64,000 nucleotides of DNA from positions 1 to 64,000 of the IMG/VR virus record IMGVR_UViG_3300032007_000058; one strand, written 5' to 3'. Position 1 is the first letter of the stretch, and every line of letters begins with the position of its first letter. Positions 34,811 to 44,009 of this stretch are shown here, piece by piece. The translations under genes and the position numbers were made by a program. The DNA comes from a virus (lineage: Duplodnaviria; Caudoviricetes). Below the pieces are notes generated by a model. That model did not search any database and was not told the origin of the DNA. It was given only the letters and a program-made list of their open reading frames with translations.

Positions 34811-37070
34811 TGACCTTACAGGGCAGGTATTCGGGCGGCTCACGGTCATCGGCTTTTCGCACGTAGGAGATGATGGAAGACTGCGGTATTGGGATTGTCA
34901 ATGTGAGTGTGGCAATAGAAAAGCTATCCCTGAGATATCGCTGTTGAGCGGTAGTGCGAATAGCTGCGGATGCTTGAGGAAAGAAATAGCCGCAGAGCTG
35001 ATGACGACGCATGGAGAGTCAAGGTCCCCTCTCTACAGGGTGTGGGCACGCTTAAAGAGCGTCTGTTACAACGAAAGCTATAAGGAGTACCCTAGCTATG
35101 GAGCAAAGGGGATAAAGGTCTGCGAGGCGTGGATGGGCTATGAGGGCTTCCGTGCGTGGGCATATGAGAATGGGTATAGCCCAGATAAAAAGCTCAGACT
35201 GATGAGGATAGATACTGATGGAGACTTTACGCCTGGTAACTGTAAATGGCAGGCCTCCAGCCCGCAGACGGATAAGGTAGAGGATATCCCGCGTAAAAAG
35301 AGATCGACAAGATCTGACCTAAAGGAGCAGGGAGGGGATGATCATCAGGGGGATATCGTAGCGCCCCCACGCAATGACCTGACCGGGCAGACCTTCGGTC
35401 GGGTCACGGTGCTGGGCTTTTCCCATAAGAAGGGGAAGATGCGATATTGGCTATGCCGCTGTGAGTGCGGGACCGAGAGGCCCTTCCCTGAGCGTGGGCT
35501 AGTGGAGGGCAAGACGAAGAGCTGCGGATGTATACGGAAAGAGCTCCCCTTGATGAAGGCCTCGAAGCATGGGGGCACAGGTAGCTTGCTCTATAACGTC
35601 TGGCACGCGCTCAAGGATGTCTGTCTCAACGAGAATAGCGGCGCGTATCATCGCTATGGGGCACGGGGGATAACGATCTGCGATGAGTGGCGCTATGATT
35701 TCGCCGTCTTTCGAGATTGGGCCTATGAGCATGGGTATAGCGTGTATCCCCCTGTCGTACTGAGGCGGCTCGATACGAGCGGGGACTTCGAGCCGGATAA
35801 TTGTATGTGGTTACGTGTCAAAAAGTCCAAGAAGATAGCCTATCGGGGCGTGGAGCATACCGTCGCGGAATGGGCCAGGATCTTTGGCGTGGATAAGGGG
35901 ACGTTGAGGCACAGGCTGAGGAATTGCGATCATGATCTGGCCGCCGCCTGCAAGGATCCTATCGGAAGGGATAAGAAGCAGATCGACCTCGATGCTTTGA
36001 TCCCTGCACCTAAGAGCGGGGCAAGAAAGCCTAAGAAAAGATGGGGAGACCTCACGGGACAGGTGTTTGGCCGTTTTACGGTGCTTGGATTCTCCCATAA
36101 AAAGGGGACCGTGAAATATTGGAGATGTCGGTGTGAGTGTGGAAATGAGAGGACCGTGGCGGCACAGTCCCTATTGAGCGGGGCGTCAAAGAGCTGCGGA
36201 TGTCTGAGGTCTTTGCGGCGTAAGGACCTGACCGGACAGGTATTCGGCAAGCTAACGGTCTTAGGCTATGCTGGATCGAACGGCTTTGTGAGCCTTTGGC
36301 GCTGTCGGTGCGAATGTGGGAATGAGATCGTGCTCCCAAGGGGCTCATTGACGACTGGCGCAACGAGAAGCTGCGGATGTTTAAAGCGTGGCCCAAAGAT
36401 GAAGGGGAAGGGCAAGATGGATATCATCGGGAAACGCTTTGGGCGGCTCACGGTGATAGCCTTCGATGGGATACGGGGGAGGAGAGCGAGCTATTGGCTT
36501 TGTCGTTGCGATTGCGGCAATGAGAAAGTTATCACACGTAGCAGCTTGATAAGCGGGAACACTAGGAGCTGCGGATGTCTGAAAAAAGAGGTCAATCCCA
36601 CCATGACACATGGCGGCTCTAATACAAATCTCTATAGACGATGGAATAGGGTAAGACACGATCCAAAGAGCACGATGTGCGATGAGTGGATGGAGTTTCC
36701 CGCCTTCAAAGATTGGGCCCTCGCTAACGGCTATGAGGAAGATAAGGAGCTATATCTCCACAGGAAAGTGCCACGTGAGGGATATACGCCTGAGAATTGC
36801 ACATGGATCCCGCGTGGGGAGCATTTTAAAGGGGGGCACAATAACGCAACGCGCAAAAAGTTAGCATACGGCGGATTGATGATGAAAACGACAGAGTGGG
36901 CCAAATTGCTTGGCGTTAGGAAGGAGGTCTTATATCAGAGGTTGTATAGATACGACAAGGACCTTGCGCGGGTCTGCAAAATCCCCTTCGATGGCAAGCA
37001 GGTAGACCTCGATACCATTGTCGAAGCGGAGAAAAAGCGGCTTGCGGGCAATGTTTTATCATTTCGGTGA
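34791..37070 (+). CDS. Multi-domain protein: five Cys-rich repeats, three HNH-like domains, two HTH-like tails
   Basis: LYxVW..LK..C, YG.xGIxxC.EW, RID.DG.F.P.NC.W segments interspersed with the repeats. Confidence 0.8.
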   Translation: MKEKKHNDLTGQVFGRLTVIGFSHVGDDGRLRYWDCQCECGNRKAIPEISLLSGSANSCGCLRKEIAAELMTTHGESRSPLYRVWARLKSVCYNESYKEYPSYGAKGIKVCEAWMGYEGFRAWAYENGYSPDKKLRLMRIDTDGDFTPGNCKWQASSPQTDKVEDIPRKKRSTRSDLKEQGGDDHQGDIVAPPRNDLTGQTFGRVTVLGFSHKKGKMRYWLCRCECGTERPFPERGLVEGKTKSCGCIRKELPLMKASKHGGTGSLLYNVWHALKDVCLNENSGAYHRYGARGITICDEWRYDFAVFRDWAYEHGYSVYPPVVLRRLDTSGDFEPDNCMWLRVKKSKKIAYRGVEHTVAEWARIFGVDKGTLRHRLRNCDHDLAAACKDPIGRDKKQIDLDALIPAPKSGARKPKKRWGDLTGQVFGRFTVLGFSHKKGTVKYWRCRCECGNERTVAAQSLLSGASKSCGCLRSLRRKDLTGQVFGKLTVLGYAGSNGFVSLWRCRCECGNEIVLPRGSLTTGATRSCGCLKRGPKMKGKGKMDIIGKRFGRLTVIAFDGIRGRRASYWLCRCDCGNEKVITRSSLISGNTRSCGCLKKEVNPTMTHGGSNTNLYRRWNRVRHDPKSTMCDEWMEFPAFKDWALANGYEEDKELYLHRKVPREGYTPENCTWIPRGEHFKGGHNNATRKKLAYGGLMMKTTEWAKLLGVRKEVLYQRLYRYDKDLARVCKIPFDGKQVDLDTIVEAEKKRLAGNVLSFR

Positions 37071-37087
37071 GGTCACCGAAATGATAA
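37056..37087. repeat. Perfect 15-bp inverted repeat with 2-nt spacer
   Basis: TTATCATTTCGGTGA-gg-TCACCGAAATGATAA. Confidence 0.9.
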
Positions 37088-37250
37088 CGTGACGGCAAAC
37101 AGGTAGACCTAGAGGCTATCGTCGCGGCTGAGAAAAAACGCCTCGGTGCATAAAATTGCTATTTTAGATACATGGCTCAAAATGCGTAAACACAGGAGGG
37201 GGCTTGATATATGTGAAAAATAGGCTTATATGATTAGTTGCAGTAGGGAC

Positions 37251-37490
37251 TAGACATATTGCGTAGATGTTGCTATAACTAGATAAAAGAGTGCTAGACG
37301 TCTCTCATCTTGCCGGAAGCGCGACGACTAGCACCTCAAACAGGGGGCGCCCCCGATGGGGAGCGTCAGGCCCTTACCTGTGTATTTTAACCGAATGGGC
37401 AACTAGTCTCAATAGGCTAAATGCACGGGTAAGGGCCTCCCCCTGATATCGAGAGGAGGCCATCCTAGCTATCGCCACTTCCAATGTCAA
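37251..37490. ncRNA. Putative structured non-coding RNA locus with convergent promoters
   Basis: + strand TAGACA-17-TATAAC (37251-37279); - strand TTGACA-17-TAGGAT in the higA 3' end; ~20-bp stem at 37368-37438 and further hairpins. Confidence 0.45.
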
Positions 37491-37749
37491 GGGATACTGT
37501 CGGATAGCGCCTCTTTTTCTTGCGATAAAGGGCCTCTAGGTCCAGCCAATATCGCGCACAGATCCCGAAGATAGTTTCAAGCCGCATCGCGATATCTTCT
37601 GACAGAGCGATATCTCCCCGTATCAGCCTGACGATATCTCCCTCTGCCATCGACATTTGATCTGCTAGGTCCTTGCGGCTTATCCCCCTATCCTCGGCCT
37701 GTTCCTGTATCGTCCACCCAGGGGGGATAGCTATCGTCTTATCTTCCAT
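37465..37749 (-). CDS. higA: HigA-family antitoxin (HTH), no adjacent toxin
   Basis: AIPPGWTIQEQ..., IAMRLETIFG..ARYWLDLEALY. Confidence 0.8.
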   Translation of the reverse strand: MEDKTIAIPPGWTIQEQAEDRGISRKDLADQMSMAEGDIVRLIRGDIALSEDIAMRLETIFGICARYWLDLEALYRKKKRRYPTVSLDIGSGDS

Positions 37750-37755
37750 GCTAGT

Positions 37756-38379
37756 TCACTCCACCATAGGCAAGTCTCCAAAGATGGGCGGATAGAGATC
37801 TTTCAGCTTTGCTCCTACGAGCCCCATGACCTCGCGGATAGCGGGATCGGCGGCGGGGTTGATCCAGCGCTCCTTGAGGATATGCCGCCAGGCGCGAAGG
37901 TTGGCTGTCATGCCCAGCTTGGTAGCGGCGCAGTTGGGAAGCACCGAGCGGGCCTGTTGGGGCTTTACGCCGCTGGCAATCATGGCGTTGTAGATTTCCG
38001 CTGTTTTCCAGACTATGGACTTCCACCCAATAAAAGCCTCGTTGTCTAAGGCCGGGATGGGCGCAATAACCTGAAGGGCAGATTTGGACAAGTCCACGTA
38101 ACGCTGAGATTGCTGAGAATAGGCTACGCCCACGCGGTGCCTGACGATCTGGTGCGATATCGACCGGGGTACGGTGAGCATGAAGGAGACGCAGACGTGC
38201 TCGATGACGCTCTCATGCCCGGATTGGACGAGCTTGCGGATGAATGCATCACGGGCCTCTTTCGTCTCGGACATAGGGCTGTCGTAGCAGGTCCGGGCCA
38301 TCGTCTCGATCTTCGTAAGGTCCGCGTCAGGGTCGACGGGGCCGATGAGCTGTGCGGCCATAGGGATGATCTCTATCAT
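37756..38379 (-). CDS. thyX: FAD-dependent thymidylate synthase ThyX
   Basis: GHESVIEH, RHRVGVAYSQQSQRY, LPNC, NLRAWRHIL.ER; own promoter TAGCCT-17-TATAAT. Confidence 0.95.
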   Translation of the reverse strand: MIEIIPMAAQLIGPVDPDADLTKIETMARTCYDSPMSETKEARDAFIRKLVQSGHESVIEHVCVSFMLTVPRSISHQIVRHRVGVAYSQQSQRYVDLSKSALQVIAPIPALDNEAFIGWKSIVWKTAEIYNAMIASGVKPQQARSVLPNCAATKLGMTANLRAWRHILKERWINPAADPAIREVMGLVGAKLKDLYPPIFGDLPMVE

Positions 38380-38589
38380 GGTGTATCGCCTCCTTATATG
38401 GTATTATATTAGCAGCATAAGAGATAGGCTAGTAACGCTCGCTCGTGAAGGGATAAGGCTGGGTCCCCGGATGGGGGTAGGCGGAAGCGCCAAGGAGCCC
38501 ATGCCCCTAGGGCGAGGAAGAGCCGAGATGATGTCTACCTGCTCCGGGCATCGCAGGCCGCCTATCCTTTGCCCCATTAATAAAGCATA

Positions 38590-38775
38590 GCCCCGTCCCT
38601 CGATAGAGGGGACGGGGCCGTCTTTTTAGAACATCCTTTCTTACTTATCTCAGGGAAAGAAGAAAGCCTCAGCCCCTCTCGACGTAGGCAGGGGGCGGCT
38701 CTTTAGGATATCCTTTCTTACTTCCCTTGAGGGAAGGAAGAAGATTCCCGCGCCTGTCGAGGGGGGCCGTCTCTT
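38590..38775. repeat. Degenerate ~77-bp tandem palindromic units, related copy at 39750-39795
   Basis: GGGGC.G.CT.TTTAG.A.ATCCTTTCTTACTT at 38615 and 38692, partial third at 38762. Confidence 0.6.
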
Positions 38776-38890
38776 TCTGCAAGCATGGCCGGATCCCCCT
38801 CCATTGCAGAGAGACCTTGGGATAAAGTGGAGCCCCTATCCAGCCGTGGACGGGGGCTCCTGCTATCTGCGATCTGGAGTTGCAGAAAGG

Positions 38891-39616
38891 CTACGCGCCT
38901 TCCTTGTACTTCTTCACTGCCCGATAGACCTGTAGCTTGTTATAGAGGTCTTCGCGGTGCATGGCCTTTATGTCGGCATCCCACTCCTCATCGCTGCGCG
39001 TATCCATGACCCCGAGATCCGCCATGACATCATCGGCGCTCTTTAGGTGCTCCTTCCGTGCGTCCGGCGGGAGCTCCATGATCTTGTCCAGCTCCTTTCC
39101 CCGCCGTTCCAGTTCGTCCCGTTCCACCTCCATGTCAGCCTCTTCCATTCCCCAGAACGTCATCTCGTAGAGCAATGCCGCTAAGAGCTCGGCAGATCCC
39201 ACGTCCTGGACGTTCCCATCGTCGAGATCGTATCCCATCAGCTCATCCCAAGATATGAAGTCGATAGCCCACGAGGTGGGGACGGACTTCATATATAGCA
39301 GGCGTTCTACGTCATCGTCGAAGAGGGCGGCGATATCCTCGATGCCGTCCATCTCAGGCATAGGGGCGAAGTCGTCTCTGATATCTTTCTTGGAGAATAG
39401 AGATACATCAGTCACGTATCTTCCATCGTACAGATATCGATGCCCCAGGATGATATGCTGTCCGTCAGGCGCTATCGCCCGTCCCCTCAGATCCTCGATG
39501 AGGGATTGATAGCTATCGCGGGCAAGCCCCCTATCATCGAACGCGCTATCACGGGCAGCTAGGGCCGCTAAGATGTCATCCATAGGGCAATTTTTCAGCA
39601 GGTCGCTGACGTTCAT
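38891..39616 (-). CDS. Acidic hypothetical protein (DUF6557-like)
   Basis: SWAIDFISWDELMG...LLYEMTFWG motif. Confidence 0.6.
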   Translation of the reverse strand: MNVSDLLKNCPMDDILAALAARDSAFDDRGLARDSYQSLIEDLRGRAIAPDGQHIILGHRYLYDGRYVTDVSLFSKKDIRDDFAPMPEMDGIEDIAALFDDDVERLLYMKSVPTSWAIDFISWDELMGYDLDDGNVQDVGSAELLAALLYEMTFWGMEEADMEVERDELERRGKELDKIMELPPDARKEHLKSADDVMADLGVMDTRSDEEWDADIKAMHREDLYNKLQVYRAVKKYKEGA

Positions 39617-39893
39617 CTCGAATGCCTCCTTATATCTAAAAGAGCATGATCTACCTTCCCGATGGAAAAGGGAATATGACCTTAGTCATAGACTGTATCT
39701 CCCTTTCCCTGTATATGACTTGTTCGAGGAAAGAAAGTGAGGAAAGGGGACGAGGAAAGAAGATCCCCGCGCCTCTACAGCGCGGGGGGCCGTCCAGACA
39801 CAGCCGAACGGGGATCTCGATCTTGGTCCCCGCGCCAGTCTTTCGACCAGACCCCTTCAAAGAAGGGGCGAGCTCCGCAGGGATGCGTGAGTA

Positions 39894-40451
39894 TTATAGC
39901 ATATCGAAGGGGACCGCGATGTTCCAGGGGATGTAACGCAGATCTCTCTGTTTGGCGATCCGGCCAAGGTCCACGATGTCCAAGGTCCCCGCTAGGATGA
40001 CGGATAGGAAGGTCGGGGCCCCGTCTGCGTCCCTCTGGATATGTCCCATCCTGAGCATCGCCAGCAGATCTAGGAAGGGCTGATGCACCGTTTCGTCGTC
40101 TGCCCCGTCGAGGATCAGGACGATGGGGATAGGGGACGCGGCGCACCATCGGCGCAAGGTCTGGAACATCTCCATAAGGTCGGACTGGCGCTCTATACAG
40201 TCCCGCAACTGCCCCGCTATATCTTCCGGGACGTCTGCCCCTTGGAGGATAAGGCGAGAGATGGCTTGGGCGAAGGCCGTTTCTTCCTGTAGGCTATCGG
40301 AGGGGATGGACTGGAGATCGATAGACAGGATAAGGCAGGCGGCCCCCAGGGACTTAGAGAGGGCCGCCGTGACGTGCTGTCTTGGGGCGCGGATGATGAG
40401 GTATTGTCCTTCCTTTACCATCTCCTCGATATGGGGCAAGGTCTTTTCCAT
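39894..40451 (-). CDS. Truncated AAA-like ATPase N-terminal domain, Walker A degenerate
   Basis: GQYLIIRAPRQ(no GKT)...PIVLILDGAD...FLSVILAG...PWNIAVPFD. Confidence 0.55.
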   Translation of the reverse strand: MEKTLPHIEEMVKEGQYLIIRAPRQHVTAALSKSLGAACLILSIDLQSIPSDSLQEETAFAQAISRLILQGADVPEDIAGQLRDCIERQSDLMEMFQTLRRWCAASPIPIVLILDGADDETVHQPFLDLLAMLRMGHIQRDADGAPTFLSVILAGTLDIVDLGRIAKQRDLRYIPWNIAVPFDML

Positions 40452-40454
40452 AGT

Positions 40455-40985
40455 TCAAAAAATAGTAGACTCTTTCCTAAATAGCGACGAGGCCGAAGTA
40501 AGAAGATCCCTTAAGCTAAGGCCGGATGTATTCCCTATAGGCGATCTCTGAGAAGAAGATTGTCTAAGCAACGCATAGATGAAATGAAGGAAGGATCGAG
40601 TATGATAGGCAGCATAGATGCAGTTTAACATATCGTTGACGACTCCCTTCAAAGGGGCTGGCAATCCTTCTAAAAAAGATATCGCATTTTGCTTAGAGTT
40701 AAGGATAGGAGAGGAAAAAGTCAAGTTGAATAACGTCTCCCTATCTAGCTTTTCTAGAGGGAGTTTGCCATCCACATAAGGATAAAAACGGCTTAAAAAC
40801 CTTTCAAGAGGCTTCAAGTCGTTCTTCCCCTCCATATCGTATCGCTGCGCTTTATGGACTAAAGCAACAAGGATAGTTATAGCCCGTGAATAAAAATAGA
40901 ACTTCAGAGCCTGAAAATATCCCACAGCGCGTGTGATGATCATCGTTACTAGCAAGAGTACGACAATATAGGAGAGACCGTTCAT
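40455..40985 (-). CDS. AT-rich membrane-anchored hypothetical protein
   Basis: N-terminal hydrophobic helix; low-GC codon usage. Confidence 0.6.
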   Translation of the reverse strand: MNGLSYIVVLLLVTMIITRAVGYFQALKFYFYSRAITILVALVHKAQRYDMEGKNDLKPLERFLSRFYPYVDGKLPLEKLDRETLFNLTFSSPILNSKQNAISFLEGLPAPLKGVVNDMLNCIYAAYHTRSFLHFIYALLRQSSSQRSPIGNTSGLSLRDLLTSASSLFRKESTIF

Positions 40986-41332
40986 TCCTTTTCACCTTCT
41001 TTTATGCCCACATCCTCTTTATTATAAGAAAAATGCTCTAGCTCCAGAAGTGCCATTTTTACACATTCCTTGATATCGTCTCGCCTTTCTTGAGTTGATC
41101 TAAGCAAGACTAGCTCGTAGAAATGGCGACTTGATAGAAATATCGACCTTACAACAAAAGCTATCATTACCGCTATGATGATACCCGGAATCACCCACGG
41201 ACCATAGGGTGTTTTTGTTAATTCCAGAATGATTTTGCCTATCCCCTCAAGAAAGGATGTCCAGCTTATAGCTAACCCTACCATCAACCCTAACAAGAAG
41301 AAGAAAGAGGATTTAAGGAAACGTGTCTTCAT
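40982..41332 (-). CDS. AT-rich two-TM membrane protein
   Basis: Two hydrophobic helices; ATGA overlap with the next gene. Confidence 0.6.
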   Translation of the reverse strand: MKTRFLKSSFFFLLGLMVGLAISWTSFLEGIGKIILELTKTPYGPWVIPGIIIAVMIAFVVRSIFLSSRHFYELVLLRSTQERRDDIKECVKMALLELEHFSYNKEDVGIKEGEKE

Positions 41333-41460
41333 TCTCTCTCACCATCTCCTCGATAGTGGCGGGACCTCTCTGTCCCATCTACCTAGCCCCTGTCTTGTGT
41401 CGTGTCCACTTTACGCAAGCCGGTTTGTGTAAAGTAAAACGAGATCTGCTTTACACAAGC

Positions 41461-42024
41461 CTATCGCTGCCACATTCCCCTCTCCCCTTCCCGTGCGTCG
41501 CGTTCGAGGTAGACGAATAGGTTCGCGTAACGGGCATTGGGCTGGATGGTCATGACCTGCCCGTACCCCTCGCTCAGGATGCGTGCGTTGAGCATCTTAT
41601 CCATGACCTCCCCTTCATCGTCTAAGTCCTCCGGTTCTTCTAGCCAGACGTAGGCCAGGAGGCGGCGATACCTGTCTCGGATCCCGACGTCGGTCTGTAG
41701 CCAGACCTCGCGATATGGGGGGAGTGCCGCTTCGGTGTATGCGCTGGCTTCGGGACCGTAGTACTGGACATCCTTCTGGGGGTGGACCGTCTCAGGCGTA
41801 TCCACCCCAAGAAAACGGACGCGCTCTCGTACATCATGCCCCTCATCGAGATGGACGAGGAAGATACAGGTATCCCCGTCGACCACGCGCTGGACCTCCG
41901 CCCTATAGAGTGTGTTAGGGCGAAATTCGGGGAGCGGGGCGGCGAGGGATGGGGCGGGGAGAGATAGGGCTAGGACCGTAAGAGAAACGGCCAAAACTAA
42001 AAACACGTAGGGCCATCTTCTCAT
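41461..42024 (-). CDS. Secreted thermonuclease (SNase family)
   Basis: Signal peptide; VVDGDT, VRFLGVDTPE, DRYRRLLAYV, ARxxxRGMW. Confidence 0.92.
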   Translation of the reverse strand: MRRWPYVFLVLAVSLTVLALSLPAPSLAAPLPEFRPNTLYRAEVQRVVDGDTCIFLVHLDEGHDVRERVRFLGVDTPETVHPQKDVQYYGPEASAYTEAALPPYREVWLQTDVGIRDRYRRLLAYVWLEEPEDLDDEGEVMDKMLNARILSEGYGQVMTIQPNARYANLFVYLERDAREGERGMWQR

Positions 42025-42044
42025 CGATATCTCTCCCTTCAATA

Positions 42045-43178
42045 TCACGCATCTGTATCGTTATGGGGGCTCTCTTCCTCCACTACGTCGGGCTCCTTCA
42101 TATCGGCTAAGGCGGCTCCCTTGTCGCTTAGGAGCCCATCTATCCGGGATAAGAGTTCATCCGCATGGGAATAGATATCATCCAAGGTCTTGATGGCTAC
42201 TTTGCTCTCGCCTATCCCAAGGTACTTATTAGCCGTACTGAAGTAGAGGCGGCAAATGACTTTCATCCTGCTATTATCGAGGAGGACGTTGCAATAGGTC
42301 TGGGTCTCACGCACGGATAGCCGCGAGACGTCGAGCTTTACGCGCAGTATCGCCTTGATGATGCTGAACGCATCGAGCTCTTCCTGAGAGGGCTCGGTCT
42401 TGACCTGTCCCTCAGCGTTCTCCTCGGGCGGCGTAGCCGCTTCTGCGGGATTCGTGGATGCCTGCTCCTCGGAGAGCGCAGAGGCCAGGCGGTCACTGAC
42501 CCTATCGCTGATGAACTGCGTCAGGGCCTTCTTGGTGATGACCTTGAATTTCTCTCGGGTATTTTCTGTCAGGCGTCCGTTGAATACCTGTGAGGCCATA
42601 TGGCGCACGAAATCCTCCGACGGCTCGGCGAGCTGTTCCATGAGGTAGAGCTTCATTGCCCCCGTGTACTTTAGCTCAGACGCGGTAGAGGTTATCTCCT
42701 CGATCGTGAATGCCGTCTTAGTGAATTTCTTTAACTCGCGTACGATCTGCTCGCTGATATTGCAGATCGAGAACTGGAGGAAAGGCTTTTGGTCCATGAT
42801 ATTGGCCTGGTCCAGATCGGTGTAGAAACGGTATTCATGTCCGTTCGTTAGGATCCCGATCGTCGCCGGGGTGGTATTGAAGTACCGAAGGAGCTGCCCT
42901 TCTTTGGAGACGTCGAGCGCGTCGCCGCTCCATTTCGCCTCGATGAGCATGATAGGCTTGCCATCCTTCAAAATGGCGTAGTCTACCTTTTCCCCTTTTT
43001 TCGTCCCCACATCAGCCGTGAACTCCGGGACGACTTCGGTGGGGTCAAAGACGTTGTACCCAAGGGCGCTGATGAAAGGAAGGATGAGCGCGGTCTTAGT
43101 GGCCTCTTCCGTCTGGATCATGTCCTTGCGTTCCGAATAGACCTTTGCCAACTGCTGGATCTGCTCGATCAATTCCAT
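42045..43178 (-). CDS. HsdR N-terminal-domain (type I restriction-like) protein
   Basis: EEATKTALILPFI..LGY, EVVPEF, GEKVDYAI, IEAK, QL.RYF, ILTNG. Confidence 0.85.
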   Translation of the reverse strand: MELIEQIQQLAKVYSERKDMIQTEEATKTALILPFISALGYNVFDPTEVVPEFTADVGTKKGEKVDYAILKDGKPIMLIEAKWSGDALDVSKEGQLLRYFNTTPATIGILTNGHEYRFYTDLDQANIMDQKPFLQFSICNISEQIVRELKKFTKTAFTIEEITSTASELKYTGAMKLYLMEQLAEPSEDFVRHMASQVFNGRLTENTREKFKVITKKALTQFISDRVSDRLASALSEEQASTNPAEAATPPEENAEGQVKTEPSQEELDAFSIIKAILRVKLDVSRLSVRETQTYCNVLLDNSRMKVICRLYFSTANKYLGIGESKVAIKTLDDIYSHADELLSRIDGLLSDKGAALADMKEPDVVEEESPHNDTDA

Positions 43179-43267
43179 GTCGATGACGCTCCTTTCATGT
43201 GTAGAACGGGCCTTTATCGAGGGGAGGAGACATTATCTCGGACGCCTCGACGCTCACATCCTAATGG

Positions 43268-43900
43268 TTATCCGTAGATAGAAGACCGATGGATGAAATC
43301 AGGTACGACCCCTAGCATCTTTCCAAGGAGACAAAGGTCGTCGAGATCATCGTTGGGAACAAAGATATCGTCATAATCCTTGTTGGACGCGTGGAGGCGG
43401 ATCCCATCTTTCTCAAAGATCACACCGCGCAGGAGCATCTTTCCTTTATAAAGAAAGATCCCTATGTCCCCGTTGTTGGGGCGGATATCCGCGATAAGGA
43501 TCTTATTCCCGCTATAGACGAATGGCTCCATACTATCCCCTTCAGAGGTGATGATATGATACCCGCCATCGCCGACCTGCCATGAATACCCCATAAGAAC
43601 TTTCTTCTCGATCGGCCATGCCCCTATCTCTTGCCATATGACCTCATCTGGATAGATATTACCTGGGCCACAACATACCTTGACCTCGGTCGAGACTATG
43701 GGCACCAATCCCATCTCGTCGTCAGCGAGGCGGACGTTGGATTCAAAACTTGGCTCCGGTCTTGCGGTCGTAGCATGGGATAGCTGTCCCTGCCCTGTTT
43801 CGTTGGACTCGCCGCTTAGATAGGCAATAGAAGTATTCAAGATATTGGCGATCTCACGTGTGAGTTCCATATCAGGGACACGCTCTCCTGACTCCCAACG
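43268..43900 (-). pseudogene. CI-like repressor with S24-type C-terminal domain; N-terminal HTH truncated
   Basis: Frame opens after TAG (43901-43903) at RWESGERVPDMEL...; GDSMEP present; first HTH helices absent. Confidence 0.6.
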
Positions 43901-43929
43901 CTACAGTCATAAAAAGTATAGATTCCCTC

Positions 43930-43957
43930 TTGACTAGACTGTTTGGTCTTATATAAT
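43930..43957 (+). promoter_or_regulatory. Rightward early promoter (PR-like)
   Basis: TTGACT-16-TATAAT flanked by GACTGT/GACAGT operator-like repeats. Confidence 0.65.
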
Positions 43958-44009
43958 TATGACAGTTTATGCTTTGTAGGACCTAATGGACCTAAAGGGA
44001 GTGATCAAG

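Noticed and set aside
33512-37070. Group I intron or intein-encoded homing endonucleases
   Set aside because: Genes are free-standing with their own RBSs, interrupt no host gene, and no intron core or intein termini were seen
38615-38775. 77-bp periodic repeats as a mini CRISPR array
   Set aside because: The would-be spacers resemble each other and the repeats are degenerate; better explained as tandem duplication; 18 kb from the cas genes
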